From Lytechinus pictus (taxonomy: Eukaryota), in the NCBI RefSeq assembly GCF_037042905.1, contig NC_087250.1, positions 17,176,001-17,240,000 on the forward strand: a stretch of 64,000 nucleotides of DNA, in the 5' to 3' direction. The position numbers were made by a program, and so were the translations under genes. Position 1 is the first letter of the stretch. The number at the start of each line of letters is the position of its first letter. The notes beneath the pieces are model-generated. The model saw only the letters and a program-made list of their open reading frames with translations. It was not told the origin of the DNA and did no database searches. Shown in pieces: positions 1 through 12,958 of the stretch.

Positions 1-255
1 TTCGTTTCATAACCAATTGGTCTAATATTCGTTTTATTTTTATTCATTTTGCCCAATTAACACTTATTCTAATTAGACCAAATGGTATAGACCTATGGAC
101 TAAATGACTATTATATCAACCAGTGGCGGATCCAGGGGGGCACAGTAGGCCCTTGCCCCCCCCCCCCCCCCTTTAGAGGCACAATTAAAATTTTTAATGT
201 TAAATTTTCAGAATATGGGAAATACTTGATTAGGGTGCTTTTCGAGGCTCGGTGT

Positions 256-590
256 AAAAATGGCAGAGGTAAGAATGGCAGAGGTAATAATGGCAGAGGT
301 AAAAATGGCAGAGGTAAAAATGGCAGAGGTAAAAATGGCAAGGGTAAAAATGGCAGAGGTAATAATGGCAGAGGTTAAAATGGCAGAGGTAATAATGGCA
401 GAGGTAATAATGGCAGAGGTAAAAATGGCAGAAGTAAAAATGGCAAAAGTAAAATGGCAGAGGTAATAATGGCAGAGGTAAAAATGGCAGAGGTAAAAAT
501 GGCAGAGGTAAAAATGGCAGATGTAAAAATGACAGAGGTAATAATGGCAGAGGTAAAATGGCAGGGGTTATAATGGGAGAGGTAAAAATG
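256..590 (+). repeat. 15-bp minisatellite array (AAAAATGGCAGAGGT)n, left arm of an inverted pair
   Basis: About 20 tandem 15-mers with AAA/AAT variants; reverse complement of the array at 3675-4712. Confidence 0.95.
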
Positions 591-671
591 ACAACTCTTG
601 GTAAAATATGGCCAGTCTTTAAACCCCCATGCAATGAATTGTCAAAAAGCCCCCGCATGTACATACATTAA

Positions 672-1274
672 AGGTCAAGTCCACCCCAGAAAATGTTGTT
701 TTGAATAAATAGAGAAAAATCAAACTAGCATAATGCTGAAAATTTCATCAAAATCGGATGTAACATAAGAAAGTTATGACATTTGAAAGTTTCGCTTATT
801 TTTCACAAAACAGTGATATGCACAACTCAGTGACATGCAAATGAGACAGACGATGCTGTCCCTCACTCACTTTTTCTTTTGTTTTTTATTGTTTGAATTA
901 TACAATATTTCATTTTTTACAGATTTGACAAAAAGAACCAACTTGACTGAATCATATAATATTAATCAATGGTAATTCCACATGTTCAGGGAGGAATTAA
1001 TCGCTGTTTCACTTGACAATGAGGAGAAAATTAGAATATCTAATATTTCATGTAATAAAATACAAAAAAAAATAGTGAGTGGATGATATCACCAGTCTCC
1101 TCATTTGCATATCAACCAGGATGTGAATATAACTGTTTTGTGAAATTAAGCGAAACTTTAAAATGTCATAACTTTCTTATTTTACATCCGATATTGATGA
1201 AATTTTCAATGTTATGCTTGTTGGAATGTTCTCTTTTTATTCAAATCAACTTTTTGTTGGGTTGGACTTGTCCT
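672..1274. mobile_element. Non-autonomous DNA transposon with long TIRs and TTAA TSD (Kolobok/piggyBac-type MITE)
   Basis: ttaa|aggtcaagtcc...ggacttgtcct|ttaa; arms complementary over >100 bp. Confidence 0.85.
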
Positions 1275-1537
1275 TTAAATAAGAAGTGCATGTCACGGTT
1301 AGGCATTTCATCATCATTATGTCTTCATCGGCCTAACTATTTACGAATTCGTTGGAGGTGTACCGTGAACGCTTTTTAAAAGGAAATCAAACGACAGATA
1401 TTTTTTCATTCAATTTATCAGGAGCAAAATGAAACTGCACTATTCTCATTCATCATTTTATAACACTCCATTTTGCCTGGCTGGTTTTTTATCTCTAAAG
1501 TTTTGCCAGGTTTACCGATGCAAAAAGGAGGAAGAGT

Positions 1538-3016
1538 CAGCGGCGTAACAGGGGTCGGTGGCCAGGGGGGCAAGAGCCAAAAATATCCCGGTCATATCAT
1601 GGTATGAACAGGCGTAATGGTGTAATGAGGCGACTAATTTGAGAAGGCCAGATATTGCGTATCGGGCAGAATTTATCTTTAAAAAAAAAAGTTGCGAGCG
1701 AGCGAAGCGAGCGAGCAGAAATTTGGACCTTTTAAATACAAAAATCAAATTTTGTGATAGATTTTGACATGATATCCAGAGAATAATATATTTCACTCTT
1801 CTCTCTTTAGATTGCTTTTTTGTGGTCTGTATGCCACTGTGAAAAAAAAAAAAAAACGAGGGGCGCAGTATAGCACATGTGCTAAAAAGCTGCTTTATAT
1901 AAGTCTCGAGCGAGCGAAGCGAGCGAGAAAAAAATCACCTTTCCATGAGAATCTAACTTTGATCTATTTTTTTACATTATATTCAGTAAATAAATCATAT
2001 CCTACACTTTTGCTTTGCTTTGCTTTTCTTTCAACCTTTTTTTGTTCTTGTTTGTAGAACTTCTTGATATCAAAGCCATTTAAACCTCGCAGATTGCCGC
2101 TATTTTAATCAAATCGCGGGCATATACAGAATATAGCTTTTACACAACACATTTATTCAACCCAGTTGCGTAATGAACCAAATATTTTGAGGGGGCAAAA
2201 CATAGCAATGTGAGAAAAACTTGTAAAAAGTCGACAGCGTGCAAAGCGAGCTGGAAAAAAGAATTGCCTATTGAAATTAAATTATAATTATGTGATTATG
2301 TGATTTTTTCCATTATATTCAGCAAATAACACATTTCATTGTTTCCATTCATTTCATTATACGTTGTCTCCTATAATTTATTTTATTTCCTCTTGGGTGT
2401 GGAACCAAGACCCCCCCCCCGCCAGTATGCCAGTGATTGAATGTGATTGAACGGGGGGGCGTTATAAAACCATTTGAAAGTTATAAATGAAGAGCCCCTA
2501 CTGCGTGGGGTCTGGGGCAAAGCCCCACTAGCTTATTTGCATAAAAGTTAGCAAGCTTATTGCACAATGTTGTATGCAGTTCATCTTTCTTCCCGCTCTT
2601 TAATTTCAATAATCGGCAGCCGGTCGCGTTTTTATTTATTTTTCTTGTCCCTTTTCTTTGTTTTCTAATTTAACTTTTGACTAATTACATTCTACCTTCG
2701 TTTCCCTCTATACAGTTTGCCATTTTGTCATCTTTTAATTTATTTCCCACCGTGCTATTGCATTACATAGGCCTTTTTCTCAAATGTTCTTCTTTCGTAC
2801 ATTTTCCCGCTTTCCTTCCTTTTCCATTAAAAAAAATTTTTTCGTCGTTTTCTTTTCCCTTTCCCTTTCCTTTTCCTCCTTTCCTTTTCCCCTTTCCCTT
2901 TCTTTCTCCCTCCTTTTTTCTTTTTCCCGTTTTTCTTTTATTTTCCCGGTGAAATCCGCCAGGGGGGCAGCTTGCCCCCCCCTGCCCCCCCCCCCCCCCC
3001 GCATGTTACGCCACTG
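1538..3016. mobile_element. hAT-type non-autonomous element, 8-bp TSD
   Basis: TIR cagcggcgtaaca/tgttacgccactg; TSD ggaagagt at 1530-1537 and 3017-3024. Confidence 0.85.
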
Positions 3017-3674
3017 GGAAGAGTAGACATATGAGAGGTGGAGAGACAGAGAGGGTTAGGGGCGGGGAAAACATAGAGAACATAGCGGGGCAAGCTTAGA
3101 CGTTGAAATTGTCACGAATGATTGTGGTTAAATATTATGTCCTTATTTGTAATGTCGTCTGTACTATTCTTTTTAAATATTTGAATGACAATAAGCATGC
3201 GTTCCCAGGCTTGGCACTGAATATGTTACTGATTATGAAAATCAACAATAATAATCTTGTTTTGACTGGTAAACCAATTTGGGGTCGATCGAGGGGGACC
3301 GTCTGGTTCAGATTCTTTGCATTACCACTGCATCGAATATGATATAAACGCTTTGATGGTCATAACCCTTGGAAGCGGAAGTGCTGTTGGGTATTTTGTA
3401 CACCATAAGCAGCACCCTCTTGGTAATTAGCTTGGTATGCTAGAATGTAGAGATTTGATACAAATTTCTGTTATTTCTTAAACAGAAGAAAAAACATTGT
3501 TTATTATCTAATTGTCATTATTTTTTTTGTAATTCTTTTTCTGACCTAAAAGAACTTCATTTTGTTAAAATAATTGTTTTTGTGTCATTTTCCCCCTTAA
3601 CCAAATCCCCTTTCATTTTGGAGTGAAAACTTTTTTTCTCGGCTTTGTAACAAACCAGCACCCCATATCTCTTT

Positions 3675-4712
3675 CTTTTTTGCCTCTGCCACCTTTACCT
3701 TTGCCATTTTCAACTCCGCCATTTTTTACACTGTTAGAAAATTTACACCTAAAAATAAAAAATTCCTGCAACAGAGTCTGGAGAACACCTGTAATCTTAC
3801 TGCACTGTGTAATCTTACATGCATTTGTGTAAAATTACAGAAAATTAGTATTTTGTGCGTGTACCCTTACAAATTTATTGTAATAAAAATGTTTTCCCCT
3901 TTTTTAAAACATCTGTTCTGTAAAATTGTAGAAAAATTGTGGAAAATCCTCCTGTTATTATAATTTACACAATTATTTGTTTTTTTTCTGTAAAACCTGT
4001 TTTTTAACTGTTTTCTTCTGTAGAATCTACTGTTTTCTAATAATGTACCTCGGCCACTTTTATCCCTGCCATTATCACATCTTCCATTTATTACCTCTTG
4101 TCAATTATGCCTCTGCTCTTTTTACCTCTGCCATTTTTACCTCTGCCATTTTCACCTCTGCCATTTTTACCTCTGCCATTATTACCTCTGCCATTTTTAC
4201 CTCTGCCATTATTACCTCTGCCACTTTTACCTCTGCCATTTTTACCTCTGCCATTTTTACTTCTGCCATTTTTACCTCTGCCATTTTCACCTCTGCCATT
4301 TTTACCTCTGCCATTATTACCTCTGCCATTTTTACCTCTGCCATTATTACCTCTGCCACTTTTACCTCTGCCATTTTTACCTCTGCCATTTTTACCTCTG
4401 CCATTTTCACCTCTGCCATTTTTACCTCTGCCATTTTTACTTCTGCCATTTTTACCTCTGCCATTTTCACCTCTGCCATTTTTACCTCTGCCATTATTAC
4501 CTCTGCCATTATTACCTCTGCCATTTTTACCTCTGCCATTATTACCTCTGCCACTTTTACCTCTGCCATTTTTACCTCTGCCATTTTTACCTCTGCCATT
4601 TTCACCTCTGCCATTTTTACTTCTGCCATTATTACCTCTGCCATTTTTACCTCTGCCATTATTACCTCTGCCATTTTTACCTCTGCCATTATTACCTCTG
4701 CCATTTTTACCT
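3675..4712 (-). repeat. 15-bp minisatellite array (ACCTCTGCCATTTTT)n, right arm; inner degenerate part interrupted by an insertion
   Basis: About 40 clean units at 4105-4712; degenerate units at 3675-3728 and 4046-4104. Confidence 0.93.
3729..4045. mobile_element. CAC-terminal (CMC/EnSpm-like) small element inserted in the 15-bp array
   Basis: ta|cactgttagaaaa ... ttttctaataatg|ta (degenerate right TIR); 15-mer register resumes on both sides. Confidence 0.6.
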
Positions 4713-7700
4713 GGCACCCTTTTCGTTACCCCATTCATGGTCGCGCATGGTATCCACTCGTGCAATGGAATCCCCCCCCCCCCCGGGGTTTCACCTGCAG
4801 GGGAAAATTAAGGGAATATACCTAAGAGGTGGACAATAGAAAATATCTTTATACTGTAAATATTATTATCCTATTGTTAAAAGTGTCAATAACGACCTTC
4901 ATAGTTGTTCACCCACGCTTTCATAATTACGAACCGATAGTTTGACAAAACTAATATGATGCTCCATTCCGTGCGAATATTGGAAAAGATTTCACGAATT
5001 GATTCCCATTGAAAACGGGGACCGTGGTCTCACTTTTTTTTTCTTTTCCCCTTATCTCCCCTTTAGAATATCAATGATGCACCACCCATTTTTTTATGTT
5101 TTCATATCATCGATTCCTTTCCTGTTTTGTTTTCCCCTTTTCTTTTTTCTCTCCCTTTAATTGTCACAATATTCATTTCTTGGGTGTTCTTTCGCTCCGA
5201 AAGATTACCAGCCCACCCCCCCCCCCCTTATTTCTTTAATAATCAACCACCCTTTTTTACAGTGATTTTGTTCCAGTATTTTTTCTGAAAGACATTTGCA
5301 TTGACGGAAAATTCGTTTCTCTCACAAAACTGAAAGAAAATTTCGAATTGGAGAAAAACAAAAACAAGAGCCGCAATTAATTATTGTAAACTACAAAGGG
5401 CGATACCAAAAGCGTGGTTGAATAACTTAAAAGACGATATCACATTGGACATTCCAAAAATACCACTGAAGGGAAAAGAGAAACAACTTTAGTTCTGCTC
5501 CAGCAAGTTCTTTTACCACATTAATTATTTTTTTATCACATTACATGCCTGTACATACATTGGGCTAACGTAGGAGATAAATCTTTAAATTGGAGAAAAT
5601 GTCTTTCAGAGAAATTTGGTGAATATAAAAGAAAACAATTTGAAACAATTTAACTTAAACTCTTGTGTTACTTCATTCCCACGAAGATGATGTTGTTTTT
5701 ATGGCAATAGGATAATATTGATACATGTGAAGTTTGTAATATCAAGGAAGATTTGGCACATGCGTTTTTGTATCGCAGCTTAAAGATGTATAAATAGGCC
5801 TTTCTCTCAGGCTCACAAATTATTCATTTTGATTTAAAGATGCATATGAAGCAGACCTTTCTCTTGATACAAACATTTTGTTTAAAAATTACCAAGAAAA
5901 GAAGATCGATGACATCATATCATTTTGGAGTATTCAAAATTGATAATTTTAAGAAACGTACATAAAAGAGGAGAAAGAGAAAAGAAACTGTGAATTACCT
6001 TTGTGAAGGAATTGAAAATTAGATTAGACGTTAATAAGGAGCTATAGGGAAAAAGGGCGGGGGGTTGTATTTTGCCAGATATTTTGCAATTGTATTTTTA
6101 AGTTTTGTATGTGGAATTGATTTATGCTGAAAATAAATGCCCCTGCTATGGGTGAAAGAAAAATAAATTCTCCACGTCAATCCATTTTTTTTTTCATTTT
6201 TAAAGTCTGTTTTGTTTTACCTTTATTTTGATCTTTATTTTAGGCGTTTATTTTCCATCCCAGTCCGCCATTTTCAAAATTTCTTTCCCAGTTTATAGTT
6301 TGTTCGCCAAATTTTCTTCACTTGATTAATTTTTAGTGTCTTCCAAATATCACGATTTCTCAATTTTGTCCTTTATTAGTCATTATTTTCAAGAGGATAT
6401 TGTAACCTTGGGATTATAGCTTATGTCCATTCAGAGCGGGCCATAAACATGCAATGGCAATAAACATGTCAACAAGTGATCAATAATGACCCTTGCACTA
6501 TATACACACTCACAAACTGCAGATTCCCTGAATCGGTATCCTCGATACCCCCCCCCCACCCTCCTCTCACTCCCCCCCCCCCCCTCTCTCTCTCTCCCTC
6601 TCATTCTCTCTCTCTTCTCTCTTCCCCCTTCCTCCCTCCTTTCCTCCCTTTCTTTTTTTACACCCTCCATCACCAATTGGAATGAAAACAACAACTTTTC
6701 TTTCGGACGCACTTCTTGAAGTTTTCTCGTCGAGTTAACACGCAATCAGGCATTTCAGTTTCATACCTTTGCTTAGTCCTTTGCCAGGACTGTTCTGCTT
6801 TTCAGTTGATCAATAACACAATCCTCGACCTCTACGCCCGAAATGAAAACAGCCCCACGATTACCTACCCTCGTGAAAGAGGGGATTGCGCGATCACTGG
6901 GGTTGGCGCGCAGGGGAGAATGAAGAAAGGGGAGAGAAATAACAAGTACACCGACGTCTAGAATTTAGACTAACCTATGCTTTGAGCCGTCTCATTTGGA
7001 ACCGTACTCTCGATCCCATCTTTGGATCATCCAAGCTACGTTTAAATTTCATCTTTCCAGAATATATCTTTTTTCATCAGGTTTTCCTTCATACCGTATG
7101 AAGAGTTTGTTGGCAAAAGGGGTTAGATCTACTTTAGACCATTCCGAGAACATCATGTTTTTTTAATCTCCCATATATTGCAATATTCTTATGCGAAACT
7201 AAATTGACTAACCTATCATGGCATGCATAACATTTTTTGTAAAAAAAAAATCTACCTGTCTTCATATCTTTTAAATAATTTTTTTTTCAAAAATTACCAT
7301 CTAGCCCCTTTTGCAAACAAACTGAAATGAGTCCAACCCCTTTTGAATGAAAAGGTAATTTTTCTTTGCCATTTTTTTTCACTCTTTAATGAGAATTTCA
7401 ACTTTTCTTTTGTATCATCTTATAAAGCTACCAAAATCTATACATCGAGACCAAAAAAATAATTTGATGAAAAATGGATCTAACCCCTCTGGCAATAATT
7501 GAGCTTTTGATATTGAAGGAAACTATTGTGATTTTGTCGCCGTTTTCTCTGTCTGTAATATTCACTAATAGAATAATAACAATAAAATGTCGCTTTAGCT
7601 CGCCAAGATAGTTTTTTTTATAAAGAACTGTGGTGAATTATTGTATTTTCTGAGAATTTGTGCTGTATATTAATGGAGCTTTTCGGTTATATTGGAGGAA

Positions 7701-7892
7701 TTCTGCGGGGATCTCTACAAAAATAAAGTCGGTGAGTAGAGATTTGTCTTTATTCATCTCATCAATAGGTCTATATTTACCAATCAACGCTTCGAGAGTA
7801 AAAAGAAAACGAAAAATAAGATGGCTCTTTTTTTCCTTTTTTTTTTGAAGATGGATGACGCATCAAAGCAGAAAAAAACAGAGAAGTATATT

Positions 7893-8452
7893 TATATAAT
7901 ATTGACTGGTCTTGAGGGGAACATCAAATATATTGCCAGCAAAAGAATCATATTGGCCCGAGTCTTTAGACGAGGGCAATATGGGTCTTTTAAGGGCAAT
8001 ATATTTGATGTTCCCCGAAAGAAGGGCAGTCAATATTTTTATTATCATCCAAATCAGATATCTAGAGCAAAAATCATGATATCAGTGATATCTTTTTAGA
8101 ATAGAGTTCTGTTGTGTCATGATAATATCAGTGTCTAGGCTCTGCACTTTACCATTATGACGCACTTGCAAGCGCCCAGATCTAGCGTTGTCTTTATTAT
8201 GACGTAGATCGTTGGTGCGCGGAACATTATGAAGCGTATCACTTCATTAGCATCCTCAAAGGCCCGGATGTGAGACCAGGGAAAATACAAAGGTATATTT
8301 TGCGTCGTCTCTGCATGCAAAGTCAATACGCGCATTGAGACCGAGGAAAATATAAACAATATACCTATCCCTCCCTGATAATAATAAAATACAGGGAAAT
8401 ACATGCAGTTTTGTAAATGACCAGCTCAGATGTCTGATACGGGTGATAATTA
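7893..8452 (-). mobile_element. Hairpin-ended TSD-less repeat (Crypton-like non-autonomous), opposite orientation to the 8456 array
   Basis: ~150-bp hairpin aatattgactg...cagtcaatatt at ~7898-8037; attatcatccaaatcagatatctagagc (~8041) is complementary to gctcagatgtctgatacgggtgataat (~8424-8450). Confidence 0.55.
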
Positions 8453-9885
8453 CTATTATATCCTACATAGAGTAAATCCTGTATAGTGATTGGTTCAAGT
8501 AGCATCATGTGACCGAATATATTTCAACTATGATGTTGCGTGACGTCAGACCTCGATATATTTTTGGATATACCAATATTCTGACGTCATTATTTCACAA
8601 AACTGGATATCTCGGCGCGCCGGATAGCGCGCTCTCTCTCCCGGGCAAGTCCAGCGCGATGCGTCGGCGCAGCTAGGCACTAATCTGCGTTCCGCTGAGC
8701 GCGGTTGCTCGGAGAAAAGTTAGGAAATTCAACGCAAGTAACAGGACTTTGCATGCTCAGCGCATAGATTTTGGTTATAAATTATTCAAAGTAGGATATA
8801 AAACAAATATATCAGGCGTTTCGTTCGAAAGCATAGTGGGAATTATTAATCCTCGGTTGGACTGGCAAAACTACTATATTTCCCTCGGGGCTTCGACCCT
8901 CGGGAAAAATAGTAATTGCCAGACCAACCTCGGATAAATAATTCCACTATACTTTCTCAAAGCCTGATATATTTGTTTATTATATCCTACATAGAGTAAA
9001 TCCTGTATAGTGATTGGTTCAAGTAGCATCATGTGACCGAATATATTTCAACTATGATGTCGCGTGACGTCAGACCTCGATATATTTTTGGATATATCGA
9101 GGTCTGACGTCATTATTTCACAAAAGTGGATATCTAGCTAAACTCTCGGGCGCACCGGCCAGCGCGCTCTTTCTCCCGGGCAAGTCCAGCGATGCGTCGG
9201 CGCAGGCATTAATCTGCGTTCCGCTGAGCGCGATGGCTCGGAGAAAAGTATGTGATTCAACTCAAGTAACCGGACTTTGCAAGCTCAGCACATAGATTTT
9301 GGTTATAAATTATTAAAAGTAGGATATAAAACAAATATATCAGGCGTTTCATTCGAAAGCATAGTGGGAATTATTAATCCTCGGTTGGACTGGCAAAACT
9401 ACTATATTTCCCTCGGGGCTTCGCCCCTCGGGAAAAATAGTACTTGCCAGACCAACCTTGGATAAATAATTCCACTATACTTTCTCAAAGCCCGATATAT
9501 TTGTTTACTCTCTCCCGGGCAAGTCCAGCGATGTGTCGGCGCAGGCACTAATCTGCGTTCCGCTGAGCGCGGTGGCTCGGAGAAAAGTAGGTAAACGCAA
9601 GTAACCGGAATTTGCAAGCTCAGCGCATAGATTTTTGTTATAAATTATTAAAAGTAGGATATAAAACAAATATATCAGGCGTTTCATTCGAAAGCATGGT
9701 GGGAATTATTAATCGTCGGTTGGACTGGCAAAACTACTATATTTCCCTCGGGGCTTCGCCCCTCGGGAAAAATAGTAATTGCCAGACCAGCCTCGGATAA
9801 ATAATTCCACTATACTTTCTCAAAGCCTGATATATTTGTTTACTATACCAATATTCTGACGTCATCATTTCAGAAAACTGTATAT

Positions 9886-11524
9886 CAACGAACGTAGAGG
9901 GCAGCAACACACAAGCGTGTTGCTATAAGGAAGGTCAACTCGATACGCGCATGCAGCTGAGCTGCGCGCGTATTTTATTGTTCATGCCAACGAAATCAAA
10001 TGCCGATCAAATACAACAACAAATTAGTAGCGATCAAAAAACGAATATGAAAGAATATGACTACAACAATATCAAAGATAACTTAAAAAATATGTTGAGG
10101 AATATACATACATATAAATACATACTTTGATATTTAAAACTTTACAAATATAAGTTTCAGGAAACTAAAATCATTACCAAATCGGTGATTGTTGTTATCA
10201 GCGATTTCACCAGACGGCTGTATTAGGTGATTTGCGTCGAGACGATTTTGTGACCACTCGCAAAGCATTTCGGGATTGAATATAACCACCTTATTTTCTC
10301 TGAGCTCTTCGCTGAACCCATCATCACAGTGCAGCTGCAGCGCAGCGCGCAGCCAATGCAATGCATCCGATGCATGGGTTGTTTTTTCGCCGTCCATGCC
10401 ATGGTCTCGGACTCAGAGTTGAAATTTAGACCCGGATTTCGGGGATACAGCGCCTTTATTTCAGATTTATAGACTTAAAAGTCAAATGACATTTAAAATT
10501 TGAAATCTAACCTTGAACAATCATCGTTGATAAACATCAGCCCTGAAGCCATTACACTTCAAATCAGGCCAGGCAAATTAGACGTCATTGTCATATACCG
10601 TGTTTACACTTAATCGGCATTTGAATCGGCTCGCGGTTCTGAACCGCGAGCCGATGCAGCATCGGCTTTTTCATAGCGTGTAAACGCGAGTAACTTGAAT
10701 CGGCTCGCGGTTCAGAACCGGCAATTTGCACCACCAAAGTAGTAGGTTCTGAACCGCGAGCCGATGCAGAATCGGCTTTTTTACTACGTGTAAACAGAAA
10801 GCCGATTCTGCACCGGCAATTTGTGCGCATTTCAATTACTTTACCATTGTGACGTAATTGTTAGCGCACTGATCCAGCGTTGTCTTTATTATGACGTATA
10901 TTGTAGGTATGCGTATCATTTCAAGTTTTTGCATCGGCTCGCGGTTCTGAACCGTGAGCTGTAACAACGTGTAAACGCAATCCAAATGCCGATTCTGCAT
11001 CGGCAATTGGTTCAGAACCAATTGCCGATTAAGTGTAAACACGGTATAAGTTGCTAGATCTATGACGAGTCGCCTGAAGCCCCAGCGCATCATCAACGTC
11101 ACTAGCTAGCTGCGCGACCGGCCCAGACTCGGCGCACCCAGGCCAGAAAAATGACCTCGATTATTACGGTGGTTGTCTATGCATTTATTAGTTGTGCAGC
11201 GAAATTCAGCAGAAGAAAATAAAAGATATGAGGTATCCTCGTCACAGGCTTAATATTCCAAAATGAGGAAAAATGTCAAAATCATGATTATTTAAGCTAA
11301 ATATTTTCTTTAAAAATGAAAGTAATACTTTTAATATTTATACCCAGAATAACCGATCTAATAATTGTTCATTAAAAAATATTTGAAATTAACAAATGAA
11401 AAAAAATCAACTCGACAAATTTCCCAAAACCCCACCTTATTTTTTAAAGTGGTCACAAAATTCGAGCGGAGTTGACCTTCCTTAGAGCAACACGCTTGTG
11501 TGTTGCTGCCCTCTACGTTCGTTG
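9886..11524. mobile_element. Non-autonomous DNA transposon, CA..TG termini, ~55-bp TIR, 8-bp TSD (P-element-like)
   Basis: TIR caacgaacgtagagggcagcaacac...; TSD ctgtatat at 9878-9885 and 11525-11532; host repeat is continuous when it is removed. Confidence 0.85.
10596..11046. mobile_element. MITE nested in the P-like element
   Basis: Perfect TIR taccgtgtttacacttaatcggca/tgccgattaagtgtaaacacggta; internal palindromes tcgcggttctgaaccgcga; TA on both flanks. Confidence 0.8.
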
Positions 11525-12934
11525 CTGTATATTTAGCTAAACTCTCGGGCACACCGGCCAGCGAGCTCTCTCTCCCGGGCAAGTCCCGTGATGCGTCGGC
11601 GCAGGCACTAATCTGCGTTCCGCTGAGCGCGGTGGCACGGAGTAGGTAATGCAAGTAACCGGACTTTGCAAGCTCAGCGCATAGATTTTGGTTATACATT
11701 ATTAAAAGTAGAATATAAAACAAATATATCAGGCGTTTCATTCGAAAGCATAGTGGGAATTATCAATCCTCGGTTGGACTGGCAAAACTACTATATTTCC
11801 CTCGGGGCTTCGCCCCTCGGGAGAAATAGTCATTGCCAGACCAACCTCGGATAAATAATTCCACTATACCGTACTTTCTCAAAGCCCGATAATTATATTT
11901 GTTTACTCTACAGAAAAACTGCAGAAAAACGTGTAGCGCCATCTAACGTTTTGTTATAGCAAACAAAAGAATAAGAAAAAGAGGATTGATTTTGGTGGCG
12001 CAATGCAAAATTTAAATTTGATTATACACAAAAAATGACTATATAGGTCAGCTGGGTGCAACTGTTATTCTAGTCGTATTTAACTATATTCTAGTCGTAT
12101 TTTACTAGATTCGAGTTATTTCTAACTAGATTATAAATATGAAATGTGACTAGACTATCAGTTGCACCCAGCTGACTACTGTCTTGTCTAGCTAATTTGA
12201 CTGATTTGTTTTAAGAGTGTAACTAAGGTCCCTCCCCCGGACAGCGCCAATTCTTCAGACGACAGAGGAACAGAAGATCCTCATCATCATAAAAAATGAA
12301 GATTAAGAAGAAGAATAAAGTAAATGATAAAGTAATAATAAAGTAGATAAATCAAACAAGAAAATTGATTTCACGATTTTTTTAGTTTCAATGATCATTA
12401 TCATTATTACGTCAGAGCGCGTATTAAGCGCCCTGCGCTACGCACCCGTCTTGCACACTGTTGTTAAGCGCGGCCGGCCAAAATAATAAAAAATAAAAAA
12501 AACTACACAGAAACGGGAAATCGCGAGGAAGAATTTGTTTTATTTTCTATTGTTTTCTTTATTCACATCATTTTGATCTAACCTTTTCTACTTAAAATTA
12601 GGTAAGTATTAGAAAGTAGTTCTAAATAGGCCTAATGTTGTTAAAGATTATGTTTCAGAATGAGAGATAAAGGGGGGAAGAGGGTGATTTTGTGAGTAGG
12701 GGCCGTGAATGGTTGGGTTTTCTCGATAACAACGTTGTCAAATAATCTTATTAAACGCGATGATGATAGGCCCTAACTTTTAATGATGAAATTATTTCAA
12801 ACATGATGATGGGTCGACAGAGTATCTTTACAGTAACGATAGGTCTAAGATCTACCTTGTAGATTTGGATTAGACCAATTTTAAACAATAATTTTGTTGG
12901 ACTTTGTGAAGTCTCATTTTTGCTTTGCCAGGTT

Positions 12935-12958
12935 ATGGATTCCTTACCACAGGGTGAG
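12935..12958 (+). CDS. CD225/dispanin paralogue A, probable first coding exon (MDSLPQGE)
   Basis: Acceptor tttgctttgccag at 12931, ATG 12935, weak phase-0 donor GAG|gtgcaa joins in frame to 14571; upstream non-coding donor ag|gtaagt at 12601/12602. Confidence 0.5.

Larger units (their letters stand above)
8456..11905 (+). mobile_element. Head-to-tail array of ~524-bp hairpin-ended elements (Crypton-like): two full and two 5'-truncated copies
   Basis: Copies at 8456-8979, 8980-9507, 9508-9842 and 9843-11905 (last one split by the 9886-11524 insertion); all end in tttgttta after a ~180-bp hairpin centred on ccctcggggcttcgcccctcggg. Confidence 0.8.

Noticed and set aside
3977..4825. Long ORFs of 199-282 aa in several frames (also 111-664)
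   Set aside because: Translations of a stop-free 15-bp minisatellite; open in multiple frames on both strands.
6431..7020. Possible gene start near a CT-rich tract
   Set aside because: No supportable ORF or exon chain; could be regulatory but cannot be shown from sequence.
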